Made by a program: the position numbers and the translations under genes. Below, one piece after another: positions 40,955 through 49,767 of a stretch of 64,000 bases of DNA (position 1 is the stretch's first letter; each line of letters opens with the position of its first letter). The stretch comes from Dehalococcoidia bacterium. GTDB taxonomy: Bacteria; Chloroflexota; Dehalococcoidia; GIF9; AB-539-J10. The notes below the pieces were generated by a model. It ran no database searches, was not told where the DNA came from, and worked only from the letters and a program-made list of their open reading frames with translations. The DNA is taken from contig JBATUN010000034.1 in NCBI GenBank assembly GCA_049671165.1, positions 36,831 through 100,830 of the forward strand, given 5' to 3'.

Positions 40955-41755
40955 ATGAAACTAAAGGATAAGGTAGCTATTATCACCGGTGGGGGGACTG
41001 GCATAGGGAAGGCCATTAGCCTGGCCTTGGCTAACGAAGGAGCGACCGTGGTCATAGCCGCGCGTAACCTCTCCAGATTGGAACAGGCAGCCGAAGACGT
41101 CAAATCTAGAGGCGGTAAGGCAAGGGCGATACAAACCGATATTTCTGACCATGAGCAGGTAAAGCGGATGGTAGCTCAGACCATCAAAGACTTTGGACAG
41201 ATTGATATATTGGTGAATAATGCTGCCAGGGGTACCTTTAATAACGCTGATGTGGTCGATATGAATCTAAAGGAGTGGCATGATAGTCTGGCGATAAACC
41301 TGACCGGGATTATGTTTTGCTCTCGAGAGGCGCTTAAATATATGATTCCCCGCAAAAGTGGTAATATTATCAACATTAGCAGCGTGGCGGGAATATCCGG
41401 AGTTCCCAAAGAAAGCCCGTATGCCGCTAGCAAATGGGGTGTAATCGGTTTTACGGAAACGGTAGCCATCGAAGTCGGTAGATTCGGTATTCGTGTTAAC
41501 TGCATCAGCCCTGGCGCTACCCGGACTCAGGAGTTTGAGGACTGGGTGAGGGTTTCGGCTGCTGACGCCGGTATCTCCTACGGCGAAATGATGAGCAAGA
41601 TCACGGACAATAATGCCCTGAAGAGAATAGCCGAACCGTCTGAAATAGCGGCTTGTGTTGTGTTTCTGGCTTCCGATGATTCCAGCGCTATGACCGGACA
41701 CAACCTCGTCGTCAGTTGTGGCTTTCACTTGATTCACCCAAACATGATTCACTGA
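40955..41755 (+). CDS. SDR-family oxidoreductase (FabG-like)
   Basis: TGGGTGIG cofactor motif, NNAA, and YxxxK (YAASK). The start was moved to the second ATG because GAGGAGG abuts the first. Confidence 0.85.
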   Translation: MKLKDKVAIITGGGTGIGKAISLALANEGATVVIAARNLSRLEQAAEDVKSRGGKARAIQTDISDHEQVKRMVAQTIKDFGQIDILVNNAARGTFNNADVVDMNLKEWHDSLAINLTGIMFCSREALKYMIPRKSGNIINISSVAGISGVPKESPYAASKWGVIGFTETVAIEVGRFGIRVNCISPGATRTQEFEDWVRVSAADAGISYGEMMSKITDNNALKRIAEPSEIAACVVFLASDDSSAMTGHNLVVSCGFHLIHPNMIH

Positions 41756-41827
41756 GCACGTGTCGAATCGACCTCTGAATGATATAATCATCAGACAAAC
41801 ACAGGCCGAAGGGAAGGCAAGAGCATT

Positions 41828-43123
41828 ATGCCGCGCTATTTTATTTGGACCATCGGCTGCCAGATGAATAAGGCAGAATCGCAGCAAATAGCTGGCTATC
41901 TGGATTCTGCCGGCTATCAGGCAGCGACTTCTTTTTCCCATGCCGATTTAGTGGTTCTCAACACCTGCGTGGTAAGACAAAGCGCTGAGGATAAGATCTT
42001 AGGCACCCTGGGTTTATTGAAAGGTTTAAAGAGCAAACGCCCTAGTCTCCAGATACTTGTTACCGGCTGCTTTGTCAACTCCCACCCCCAGGAATTGCAG
42101 AGACGACTTCCTCACGTTGATTTACTATTTAAGCCCGGCGATTACCCTGAGCTAATTGCCTGGGGGCAACAGCAAGGCATGCCCGCTGAGCAGAGATTGC
42201 TTCGCTACGCTCGCAACGACAGCCAGTCGGCTCCCTCGCCATGTGCTCTCATCCCCATCATACAGGGCTGTGACAATTTCTGCTCATACTGCATTGTCCC
42301 CTACAGGAGGGGAAGGGAGGTGAGTCGTCCTGCGGAGGAAATAGTCTGTGAAGTGGCAGAGCTGGTAAGACGAGGCATAAAAGAAGTCACTTTGCTGGGG
42401 CAGAACGTTGATTCCTACGGACACGATTTGCCCGGACATCCCGATCTTGCTGATTTGCTGAAGGAATTAAGCAACATAGAGGAGCTTGTCAGGATTCGCT
42501 TTCTGACGAATCATCCCAAGGATATTAGCGTGAAGCTGATTGAGACTATGGCTTCTGTGAACAAGGTCTGTGAGCATCTGGAGTTGCCGGTGCAATCAGG
42601 AGATAATGATATATTGAAGGCTATGAGGCGAGAATATACCGTGAGACAATATCGAGACCTTGTCCACACCATTCGCCGCAAGATTCTTCACATATCTCTG
42701 AGCACAGACTTAATCGTAGGCTTTCCTGGAGAAATCGAGGAGCAATTTGAACGCAGCCTGTCTCTGGTTAAGGAAATGAGGTTTGATGTCGTTCATGTGG
42801 CAGCTTATTCTCCTCGTCAGGGCACCATTGCCTGGCGGGAATATCAAGATAATATTCCTGCGGAAGTCAAGAAGGAAAGGCTGGATAAGATTGAGGAGCT
42901 TCAAACAACTATAGCTAGCAAGATCAATTCGCAACTTCAGGGCAAAGAAATGGAGGTGCTGGTAGAAGGTAAGAAGAAAGGGAAATGGTTTGGGCGCACC
43001 CGGGGCAACAAGCTGGTATTCTTTGAAGATGCCGGTGACTGGCTGGGCCAACTAGCAATAATCCAGATTGAGAAAGCGAGTCCCTGGTCGCTGGGAGGCC
43101 AGGCTAAAAAAATAACTAATTAA
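41828..43123 (+). CDS. miaB: tRNA-2-methylthio-N6-dimethylallyladenosine synthase (radical SAM MTTase)
   Basis: 431 aa with an N-terminal GCQMN cysteine domain, the radical-SAM motif CDNFCSYC and a C-terminal TRAM domain. Confidence 0.88.
   Translation: MPRYFIWTIGCQMNKAESQQIAGYLDSAGYQAATSFSHADLVVLNTCVVRQSAEDKILGTLGLLKGLKSKRPSLQILVTGCFVNSHPQELQRRLPHVDLLFKPGDYPELIAWGQQQGMPAEQRLLRYARNDSQSAPSPCALIPIIQGCDNFCSYCIVPYRRGREVSRPAEEIVCEVAELVRRGIKEVTLLGQNVDSYGHDLPGHPDLADLLKELSNIEELVRIRFLTNHPKDISVKLIETMASVNKVCEHLELPVQSGDNDILKAMRREYTVRQYRDLVHTIRRKILHISLSTDLIVGFPGEIEEQFERSLSLVKEMRFDVVHVAAYSPRQGTIAWREYQDNIPAEVKKERLDKIEELQTTIASKINSQLQGKEMEVLVEGKKKGKWFGRTRGNKLVFFEDAGDWLGQLAIIQIEKASPWSLGGQAKKITN
42193..42220 (-). 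repeat. family-A short interspersed repeat, copy A1 (inside miaB, in frame)
   Basis: GAGATTGCTTCGCTACGCTCGCAACGAC is close to the reverse complement of copy A2 (GAGATTGCTTCGTCGCTTCGCTCCTCGCAATGAC). It is translated as LLRYARND in the linker between the MTTase N-domain and the radical-SAM core. Confidence 0.6.
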
Positions 43124-43136
43124 AGGAGGATACATT

Positions 43137-43421
43137 ATGGAAACGTGGGGAATGCTTATCTTTTTGGTAGCAATTTTTGCCGTTATGTATTTACTGATGA
43201 TCAGGCCGAGGCAAAAGCAACAAAAACAACAGCAGGAAATGATGCAGGAACTGAAATCGGGGGATAGGGTGATTATAGCCGGCGGGATTTATGGCCAAAT
43301 TGAAAGTCTCAGTGAAGAGACTGCAATTCTGAGGATAGAATCGGGAGCAACAATGAAGGTTGCCCGAAACAGTATACTGGGCAAACAAGAAGTTGAGGAA
43401 AGTGGTAAGGGAATATTCTGA
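43137..43421 (+). CDS. yajC: preprotein translocase subunit YajC
   Basis: 94 aa with one TM helix, RPRQKQQK and GDRVIIAGGIYG. Confidence 0.85.
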   Translation: METWGMLIFLVAIFAVMYLLMIRPRQKQQKQQQEMMQELKSGDRVIIAGGIYGQIESLSEETAILRIESGATMKVARNSILGKQEVEESGKGIF

Positions 43422-43426
43422 CGTTT

Positions 43427-44872
43427 ATGCCTGAGGGATTTTCTCTAGGCCGCCTTTTTTCTCCCAGCAGCGTTGCTATTGTGGGGGCTTCTTTAAACCC
43501 TTTTTCCGGGGGATATCAATTCACGCGTTTCCTTATAGACCATGGCTTCCAGGGCAAACTTTATCCGGTGAACTCGGCATCAGGCGAGATTCTCGGGCTC
43601 AAAGTCTATCCCAGGCTAACAGAAGTCCCTGAGTCAAGCGTTGACTATGTGATCTCCTGTATACCTGCCGATGGTGTCCTGTCTTTGCTCGATGATTGCG
43701 GCAAAAAAAATGTCAAGCTTGTCCACCTATTTACAGCCAGGCTGAAGGAGACAGGAAGAGATAAAGAGACAAAGCTTCAAGGTGAAATCCTGGAAAAGGC
43801 AAGAAAACTGGGCGTTAGAATCCTCGGGCCGAATTGTATGGGAATCTATTACCCCAGGTTAGGTTTGTCTTTTAACCACGAGTTGCCTCGGGAAAGTGGA
43901 CCGGTGGGCGGATTCTTTCAGAGTGGTGGGGGAGCTGGAGAGTTTGTCCGCTACGCTGCTTTAAGAGGAGTCCGTTTCAGCAAAGTTATAAGCTATGGCA
44001 ATGGCTCGGACATTGACGAGGTTGAGTTATTAGACTATTTCGCCTCCGATAGTGAAACAAAGGTGATTGCTTCCTATATTGAGGGAGTCAAAGATGGCAA
44101 GAGATTCGTTGAGTCCTTAGCCCTGGCTGCGAAAAAGAAGCCGATCATAGTTCTGAAGGGAGGGAGGGGCAGAACAGGGGCAAGATTGGCGCTCTCCCAT
44201 ACTGCATCACTGGCTGGCTCTATCAATGTTTGGCAAGCAGCGCTAAAGCAATATGGAGCTGTCATGGTCAGTAATTTTCAAGAGCTAATAGACCAGGTTG
44301 TTGCATTCACTTTTCTGGCGCCCATTACAGGCAGGAAGGTAATCGTTGCTGGAGGTGGGGGTGGCAAGAGTATGGTCTCGGCCGATGTCTGGGAAGAGGA
44401 GGGCTTCGAGCTACCGGAATTGACTGCGGAGTTCAGAATGAAGCTTAAGGAGCAAGTCCCCGAACTGTGGGATTGGGTTAGAAACCCCATAGATGCCTCT
44501 CTATTTCAAGGCACACCTGTGGTGGATGTAAACGTGCTGGAATGGCTTAGTAACGAAGACGGATTTCATATTTTTGTTGCCAACTTGACTCAGGACGACC
44601 CTTTGCCTAACGATATATGGGAGAAGGTGCTGGCACCCAATTTCTTGAACAGCGTAATGGCAATTAAGAAAAATGGTAAGCCGGTAGTCTGTGTTATTGA
44701 AACGGGAGAAATTGGTTTAGATGAGATGGAAAGCTGGAAGTGGAGAGCCATCGCTGAGACGAGAAGGCAGATTATTGATCAAGGTCTGGCGGTTTTCCCT
44801 TCTCCGGAGAGGGCGGCCAAAGCAACGAGGAGATTAGTGGATTACTGGGCATGGCGGGAAAGTGAAAGCTAA
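43427..44872 (+). CDS. CoA-binding, ADP-forming acyl-CoA synthetase alpha-like protein
   Basis: 481 aa with an N-terminal CoA-binding Rossmann motif (VAIVGAS...), GPNCMG, and a succinyl-CoA-synthetase-like flavodoxin domain. Confidence 0.7.
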   Translation: MPEGFSLGRLFSPSSVAIVGASLNPFSGGYQFTRFLIDHGFQGKLYPVNSASGEILGLKVYPRLTEVPESSVDYVISCIPADGVLSLLDDCGKKNVKLVHLFTARLKETGRDKETKLQGEILEKARKLGVRILGPNCMGIYYPRLGLSFNHELPRESGPVGGFFQSGGGAGEFVRYAALRGVRFSKVISYGNGSDIDEVELLDYFASDSETKVIASYIEGVKDGKRFVESLALAAKKKPIIVLKGGRGRTGARLALSHTASLAGSINVWQAALKQYGAVMVSNFQELIDQVVAFTFLAPITGRKVIVAGGGGGKSMVSADVWEEEGFELPELTAEFRMKLKEQVPELWDWVRNPIDASLFQGTPVVDVNVLEWLSNEDGFHIFVANLTQDDPLPNDIWEKVLAPNFLNSVMAIKKNGKPVVCVIETGEIGLDEMESWKWRAIAETRRQIIDQGLAVFPSPERAAKATRRLVDYWAWRESES

Positions 44873-46421
44873 TTATTGTGATTATATTATAGTGGGCAGT
44901 GGCATTGCCGGGCTTTATATTGCCTTGCTGGCTATAGAACGCGGCAGTGTCCTCATACTGACTAAGGGCAGTATAGATGATTGCAACACGAAATATGCTC
45001 AGGGCGGCATTGCTGTGGCCATGGGCAAGGATGATTCTCCTGACCTACACTACAAAGACACCATAGCTGCTGCAGACGGCCTATCTGATGCAGAGGCCGT
45101 GCGTATTCTGACTGAAGAGGCTGCTGATTGTATAGCTGATCTAATCAAATTTGGGGTGCCTTTTGACACTTTGGATGGTGAAATTACCCTGACCAGAGAG
45201 GCAGCCCATAGTGTGCCCCGGGTTATGCATGCTGGCGGAGATGCTACCGGGGAGTATATCGAGGTTACCTTGAGTCGCCAGGTGCGCTCTACTCCTATCA
45301 AAGTCTTGGAAGATTGCCTGGCGAGCGAGATTTTAGTCCGAAATGGAAAGGTGAGTGGTGTGAGAGCCCTCGATTGCCGCACTGGCTCTGTAGAAGAGTA
45401 TAGTTGCCAATTCCTTATCTTAGCTACCGGGGGAGCTGGGAAGTTGTTTAAATATACCAGTAACTCCGATGTGGTAACTGGCGATGGGATAGCATTGGCC
45501 TTTGAAACCGGCGCCGAAATAAGCGATATGGAATTCTTCCAGTTTCATCCCACTGTTCTGCGCCTGCCTGGGGTAGCTCCTTTTCTCATCTCTGAAGCGG
45601 TCAGAGGGGAGGGTGGCATATTGAGAAATGTGGAAGGCCGCCGTTTCATGCCGGATTATGCTGCTGAAGCTGAACTGGCGACCAGAGATGTAGTGGCTCG
45701 CAGCATTGTCTATGAAATGAAGAAGACCCACAGCGATAGAGTTTTTCTGGATGTTACCCATTTGCCATCCCGGTTAATTACCACGCGCTTTCCCCACATA
45801 TATCGTTTTTGTCGGGACCATGGCCTGGATATCACCAAGGGGCTTATTCCGGTTGCCCCAGCCGCCCATTACCTTATGGGAGGGGTGAAGGTCAACATTT
45901 GGGGAGAGACGAATCTTCGAGGGTTATTCGCTGCTGGCGAGACTGCTTGCACCGAAGTACATGGTGCTAACAGACTGGCATCAAATTCCTTGCTCGAGTC
46001 GGTTGTTTTCAGCAAGAGGATAGTGCAGAGGACTGCAATGGCTAGACCACCTCGTCATCGCAAGAAGCGAAGCAACGAAGCAGTCTTCTGTTGCCTGCCC
46101 CGTAGAGATGTGCTGCCCAAGGTACCGCGGCTTAATCTGCCTAACCTGCAGTCCGTTATGTGGGACAAAGTGGGAATCATCCGTTCTGGTAAGAGTCTTA
46201 AGGAGGCGGCGATTATTCTGGCTACCTGGGAAAGCCTCATGCCTCAACCGAGTGACCGCCCATCCTATGAACTGAATAGTCTGGTATTGTGCGCAAGGCT
46301 AGTGACTGAGGCTGCCTTGCTCCGCGAGGAAAGTCGCGGCGCTCACTTTCGCACAGATTTCCCACAGACTTCGCCGGAATGGCAAAGACATATCGTTTTC
46401 AAGAAAAATGTCACCGGATAA
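44862..46421 (+). CDS. nadB: L-aspartate oxidase
   Basis: 519 aa with DYIIVGSGIAGL, HYLMGG and RLASNSLLE motifs. Confidence 0.9.
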   Translation: MKANYCDYIIVGSGIAGLYIALLAIERGSVLILTKGSIDDCNTKYAQGGIAVAMGKDDSPDLHYKDTIAAADGLSDAEAVRILTEEAADCIADLIKFGVPFDTLDGEITLTREAAHSVPRVMHAGGDATGEYIEVTLSRQVRSTPIKVLEDCLASEILVRNGKVSGVRALDCRTGSVEEYSCQFLILATGGAGKLFKYTSNSDVVTGDGIALAFETGAEISDMEFFQFHPTVLRLPGVAPFLISEAVRGEGGILRNVEGRRFMPDYAAEAELATRDVVARSIVYEMKKTHSDRVFLDVTHLPSRLITTRFPHIYRFCRDHGLDITKGLIPVAPAAHYLMGGVKVNIWGETNLRGLFAAGETACTEVHGANRLASNSLLESVVFSKRIVQRTAMARPPRHRKKRSNEAVFCCLPRRDVLPKVPRLNLPNLQSVMWDKVGIIRSGKSLKEAAIILATWESLMPQPSDRPSYELNSLVLCARLVTEAALLREESRGAHFRTDFPQTSPEWQRHIVFKKNVTG

Positions 46422-47310
46422 TCTGCAGATTGAAGAAATTATCGACCGCGCCTTAACTGAGGACCTCGGCAGAGGCGACGTCACTACTCAGGCCCTAATA
46501 TCCAGTGACCGGCAGGGAACTGGCTTCGTCGTGGTCAAGAAGGAAGGCATCCTGGCCGGTGCAAACGTAGCTGAGCAGGTTTTCCATCGGGTTGACCCGG
46601 AATTGAAAGTGGAGATCCTTCTCGAGGACGGCGATAGAGTTGAGCCAGGCAGTAGAATAGCCAGAGTGTCGGGCAGCATCGCCAGCATTCTCAAGGGGGA
46701 GAGGGTAGCCCTGAATTTCATCCAGCGCCTGAGCGGCATTGCCTCGGAGACCAATCGCTATGTCGAAGCGGTCAAGGGATTGCCGGTGCGCATTATGGAT
46801 ACCAGGAAAACCACCCCCGGCTTGAGGTTGGTGGAAAAGCATGCGGTGAAGGCGGGTGGCGGTGAAAATCACCGTATGAGTCTAGGCGACGGCATCCTAA
46901 TTAAAGACAATCATCTGGCAGCGCTCCGCAGCCAGGGATTAGATATGAAAGAGATTATAGCCAAAGCAAGACAAAATGCTCCATTGTCATTGCGAGGAGC
47001 GAAGCGACGAAGCAATCTCCAGGCAGGGCAGGCTCAGGTCGAGGTCGAGGTGGAGGTCGGGACCGTGTCAGAAGCTTTGGAGGCCGTGGAAGCCGGGGCA
47101 GATATCGTGATGCTCGACAATATGGGTCTCGATGACATGCGTAGGGCGGTAAAATCTATTCATGGGCATGCTTTGATTGAAGCCTCGGGTGGAATTACGC
47201 TGGGCAACGTTCGGGCCGTAGCTGAAACCGGCGTTGATTTCATTTCCGTTGGCGCCCTTACCCACTCCGCCACGGCTTTAGACATCAGCCTTGAGCTTGA
47301 AGCTCAATAA
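46408..47310 (+). CDS. nadC: nicotinate-nucleotide diphosphorylase (carboxylating), carrying an in-frame repeat insertion
   Basis: 300 aa with DTRKTTPGLR, GADIVMLDNM and EASGGIT motifs. An extra segment LSLRGAKRRSNLQAGQAQ precedes the conserved VEVEV strand. Confidence 0.9.
   Translation: MSPDNLQIEEIIDRALTEDLGRGDVTTQALISSDRQGTGFVVVKKEGILAGANVAEQVFHRVDPELKVEILLEDGDRVEPGSRIARVSGSIASILKGERVALNFIQRLSGIASETNRYVEAVKGLPVRIMDTRKTTPGLRLVEKHAVKAGGGENHRMSLGDGILIKDNHLAALRSQGLDMKEIIAKARQNAPLSLRGAKRRSNLQAGQAQVEVEVEVGTVSEALEAVEAGADIVMLDNMGLDDMRRAVKSIHGHALIEASGGITLGNVRAVAETGVDFISVGALTHSATALDISLELEAQ
46987..47019 (+). repeat. family-A short interspersed repeat, copy A2 (inside nadC, in frame)
   Basis: GTCATTGCGAGGAGCGAAGCGACGAAGCAATCTC has terminal inverted ATTGC/GCAAT. 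It is related to A1 and A3. Confidence 0.6.
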
Positions 47311-47342
47311 TCAGGGCGTCACAGGTAACGATTACTTAAATA

Positions 47343-47972
47343 TTAGCGGCCGCTCTTCTCAACAATAACCAGGTATCGTTCCGAGCTGTCCTCGAAGTGG
47401 GTTATTTTCAATCCCGCCTGTTTTATCAGCCTTCTGAGCTGAAATTCATCTGGCAGAAGGTCATTGGCGACTGCGCCACCAATGGATTGATGAAGTCGGT
47501 TAAGCATCTCCCGGCTCATGGTGTGGCAGATGACCATACGGCCATTATTTCTGAGCACCCTGGCTATTTCCTTTAATGCCCTGACCTTGTCGCTAAAATG
47601 GGGAAAGGCACTGTTGCATATGGCTAAGTGCACAGAGTTATCAGGCAAGGGAATGGTGAGAACGTCGGCCTGGGCGAATCCAACTATGGGAGGGAAGTCT
47701 TTGGCTTGCGCCTGAACTAGCATCTCCATGGAAAAATCGAGGGCCACAATTTTTCCTTCATTATCCAGCTCTGCGATTAGAAAGGGTAAGAGGACGCCTG
47801 TGCCGCTGCCGATATCCAACACATAATATCCAGGTTTGATGCCTAATTCCTTGACGATTTTGCCGAGACACTTCAACCTCTCCTGGGTAAGCTCTTTGTC
47901 CCAGGTTGGGGCTAGCTGGTCGAAATATTCTTGAAGTTGCATATCTAACCTGCTAACGGAACTTGCTGCCAT
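47343..47972 (-). CDS. class I SAM-dependent methyltransferase
   Basis: 209 aa with motif I VLDIGSGTG. It overlaps the permease gene end by 28 nt. Confidence 0.8.
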   Translation of the reverse strand: MAASSVSRLDMQLQEYFDQLAPTWDKELTQERLKCLGKIVKELGIKPGYYVLDIGSGTGVLLPFLIAELDNEGKIVALDFSMEMLVQAQAKDFPPIVGFAQADVLTIPLPDNSVHLAICNSAFPHFSDKVRALKEIARVLRNNGRMVICHTMSREMLNRLHQSIGGAVANDLLPDEFQLRRLIKQAGLKITHFEDSSERYLVIVEKSGR

Positions 47973-48778
47973 CTCTTCACCTTTCTCTTAGGAGAGAATG
48001 CCGTTGCCAGGCCGAAGATAATAGCAGAAGTTATTACTATGGCGGCGCCTGAGGGAATGTCAAGCAAATACGAGGCTGCGAGTCCAGCCCAGCAAGAAAC
48101 AACACCAAAAGCAACAGCGATAAGGAGCATCCGCTTCAAGCTATAAGTAAGTTGATAGGCAGCAGCTGCAGGATTGAGAATCAGGCTGTAAATAAGCAAG
48201 CCACCTATGCTTTGCAGTGAAGCAGTAATGGTTATTCCAGTAGAGAATAGCAGGCCATAGAAAATAAGAGTTGCTGGTATGCCCACCGCCAGAGCGACTT
48301 CTCGATGGCAAATTACTGCTTGAATTTCCTTATAGAAAACGGCCACCAGCCCAACTATGGCGCCTGTGATAGCGGCTAAAAAGATGATGTCCGGTTGCGT
48401 AACGGTCAATATACTCCCCCAGAATAGGTTTAAGGCTTCAGTCCTGGCTCCCGGCATCAGGCCCATGAAAAGGAAAGCAAGTCCCAGCATCAGGGAGAAA
48501 ACAATGCCTATGGAAGTATCGGGATTTAACTCCCCTCGGTCAGCCACGGGTCCGATAATGGCTGCTGAGGCCAGACTGAAGAGCAAGGCACCAATCAAGG
48601 GATTAAACCCCAGCCAGAGGCCAAGGAGCGCTCCGGCAAAAGCAGCATGGGCAATGCATACCCCGATAAAGGAAAGGTGCATGGTGACTACGAAGACGCC
48701 CACCACAGAACAGGTTATGCCGCCGAGTAGCCCGGCCAGAATGGCATTCTGCATGAAATGGTACTGAAAAATAGACAA
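47945..48778 (-). CDS. metal ABC transporter permease (ZnuB/MntB/TroC family)
   Basis: 277 aa, polytopic, with a family-typical hydrophobic pattern. Confidence 0.85.
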   Translation of the reverse strand: MSIFQYHFMQNAILAGLLGGITCSVVGVFVVTMHLSFIGVCIAHAAFAGALLGLWLGFNPLIGALLFSLASAAIIGPVADRGELNPDTSIGIVFSLMLGLAFLFMGLMPGARTEALNLFWGSILTVTQPDIIFLAAITGAIVGLVAVFYKEIQAVICHREVALAVGIPATLIFYGLLFSTGITITASLQSIGGLLIYSLILNPAAAAYQLTYSLKRMLLIAVAFGVVSCWAGLAASYLLDIPSGAAIVITSAIIFGLATAFSPKRKVKRWQQVPLAG

Positions 48779-48823
48779 ACCCTTAGCCCTTTCTTGTTTT
48801 ATACATATAGGTCCTGAGCAATA

Positions 48824-48953
48824 TCAAAACTCAAAGATAAAAAATCAAACCTACAAATCAAAGTTCAAAACTAGAATTGTGGGCGCTCTCGTCTAGCCAT
48901 TTTGAGTTTTGCTCTGTCATTTTTCCTTTTGCATTTTGACATTTGAGTTTGCC
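48824..48953. repeat. family-B A/T-rich palindromic repeat, copy B2, between the ABC ATPase and permease genes
   Basis: There is an exact 11-bp inverted repeat, CAAAACTCAAA (48825-48835) against TTTGAGTTTTG (48901-48911). The core GTCATTTTTCCTTTTGCATTTTGACATTTGAG is near-identical to B3. Confidence 0.6.
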
Positions 48954-48996
48954 CGTATCCTTTCTTGTACGCAGATATTTGCGTTGGCACACGTAG

Positions 48997-49767
48997 CTAA
49001 GAGTAAAGCGAGGCGATCTCGCTTGGTACTGAGACCGGGGCCCCGTAGAGCTCATTTAGCACATCTTTCCGAAGCATTGACTCCGGGCTGCCTTGCTGCC
49101 ATATCTTGCCATCCTTCATTAGAATCAATCGCTGACAAGTAGAGGGCAACGTTCTGAGGTCATGGGTGACAAATAGAGTGGTCGTATGATATTCCCTGTG
49201 AATGAGCTGTATCAGACTTAAGATTTCGCCTTGAGCCTTTTTATCTATTGAAGCTGTAGGCTCATCGAGGAGAAATATCTCAGGCTGCTGAACCAAAGCT
49301 CGGGCAATGGCTGCCCTCTGGTATTCGCCCCCCGATAGATGACCTATCGGGCGCTGGGATAAATGGGCCATGCCCACCATTTCCAATACCTCATCTACTG
49401 TTTTCCACTGAGCCCGTGTCGGCCGACGGAATAGTCCCAGGCGGCCATAGCAGCCCACCATTACCGTCTCTCTAACATTGATAGGCAACCTGGGGTCGAT
49501 GCGCTCTACCTGGGCCACATAGCCTATGCGCTTCCTCAAATTACTGCCATTTCTCCCATTTAGCCGCGCCCCCAATACCCGGACTTGTCCGTGAACCAGC
49601 TTGCCCAGGCCATTAATCACTGTGAGCAGGGTAGTTTTGCCGGCGCCGTTAGGTCCGATAATGCCGATGAATTCTCCTTTCCTGACCTCCAGAGACACCC
49701 CCTGTAAAGCCACATCTTCCCTGTAGGAAACTACAGCGTCTTGAATCTTTATGACTGTGTTATCCAT
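48997..49767 (-). CDS. metal ABC transporter ATP-binding protein (ZnuC family)
   Basis: Walker A GPNGAGKTT, signature LSGGEYQR, Walker B FLLDEP. The start was moved to ATG 49767 after GGGAGGAA. The C-terminal ..SEIASLYS is encoded by repeat-like sequence. Confidence 0.85.
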   Translation of the reverse strand: MDNTVIKIQDAVVSYREDVALQGVSLEVRKGEFIGIIGPNGAGKTTLLTVINGLGKLVHGQVRVLGARLNGRNGSNLRKRIGYVAQVERIDPRLPINVRETVMVGCYGRLGLFRRPTRAQWKTVDEVLEMVGMAHLSQRPIGHLSGGEYQRAAIARALVQQPEIFLLDEPTASIDKKAQGEILSLIQLIHREYHTTTLFVTHDLRTLPSTCQRLILMKDGKIWQQGSPESMLRKDVLNELYGAPVSVPSEIASLYS

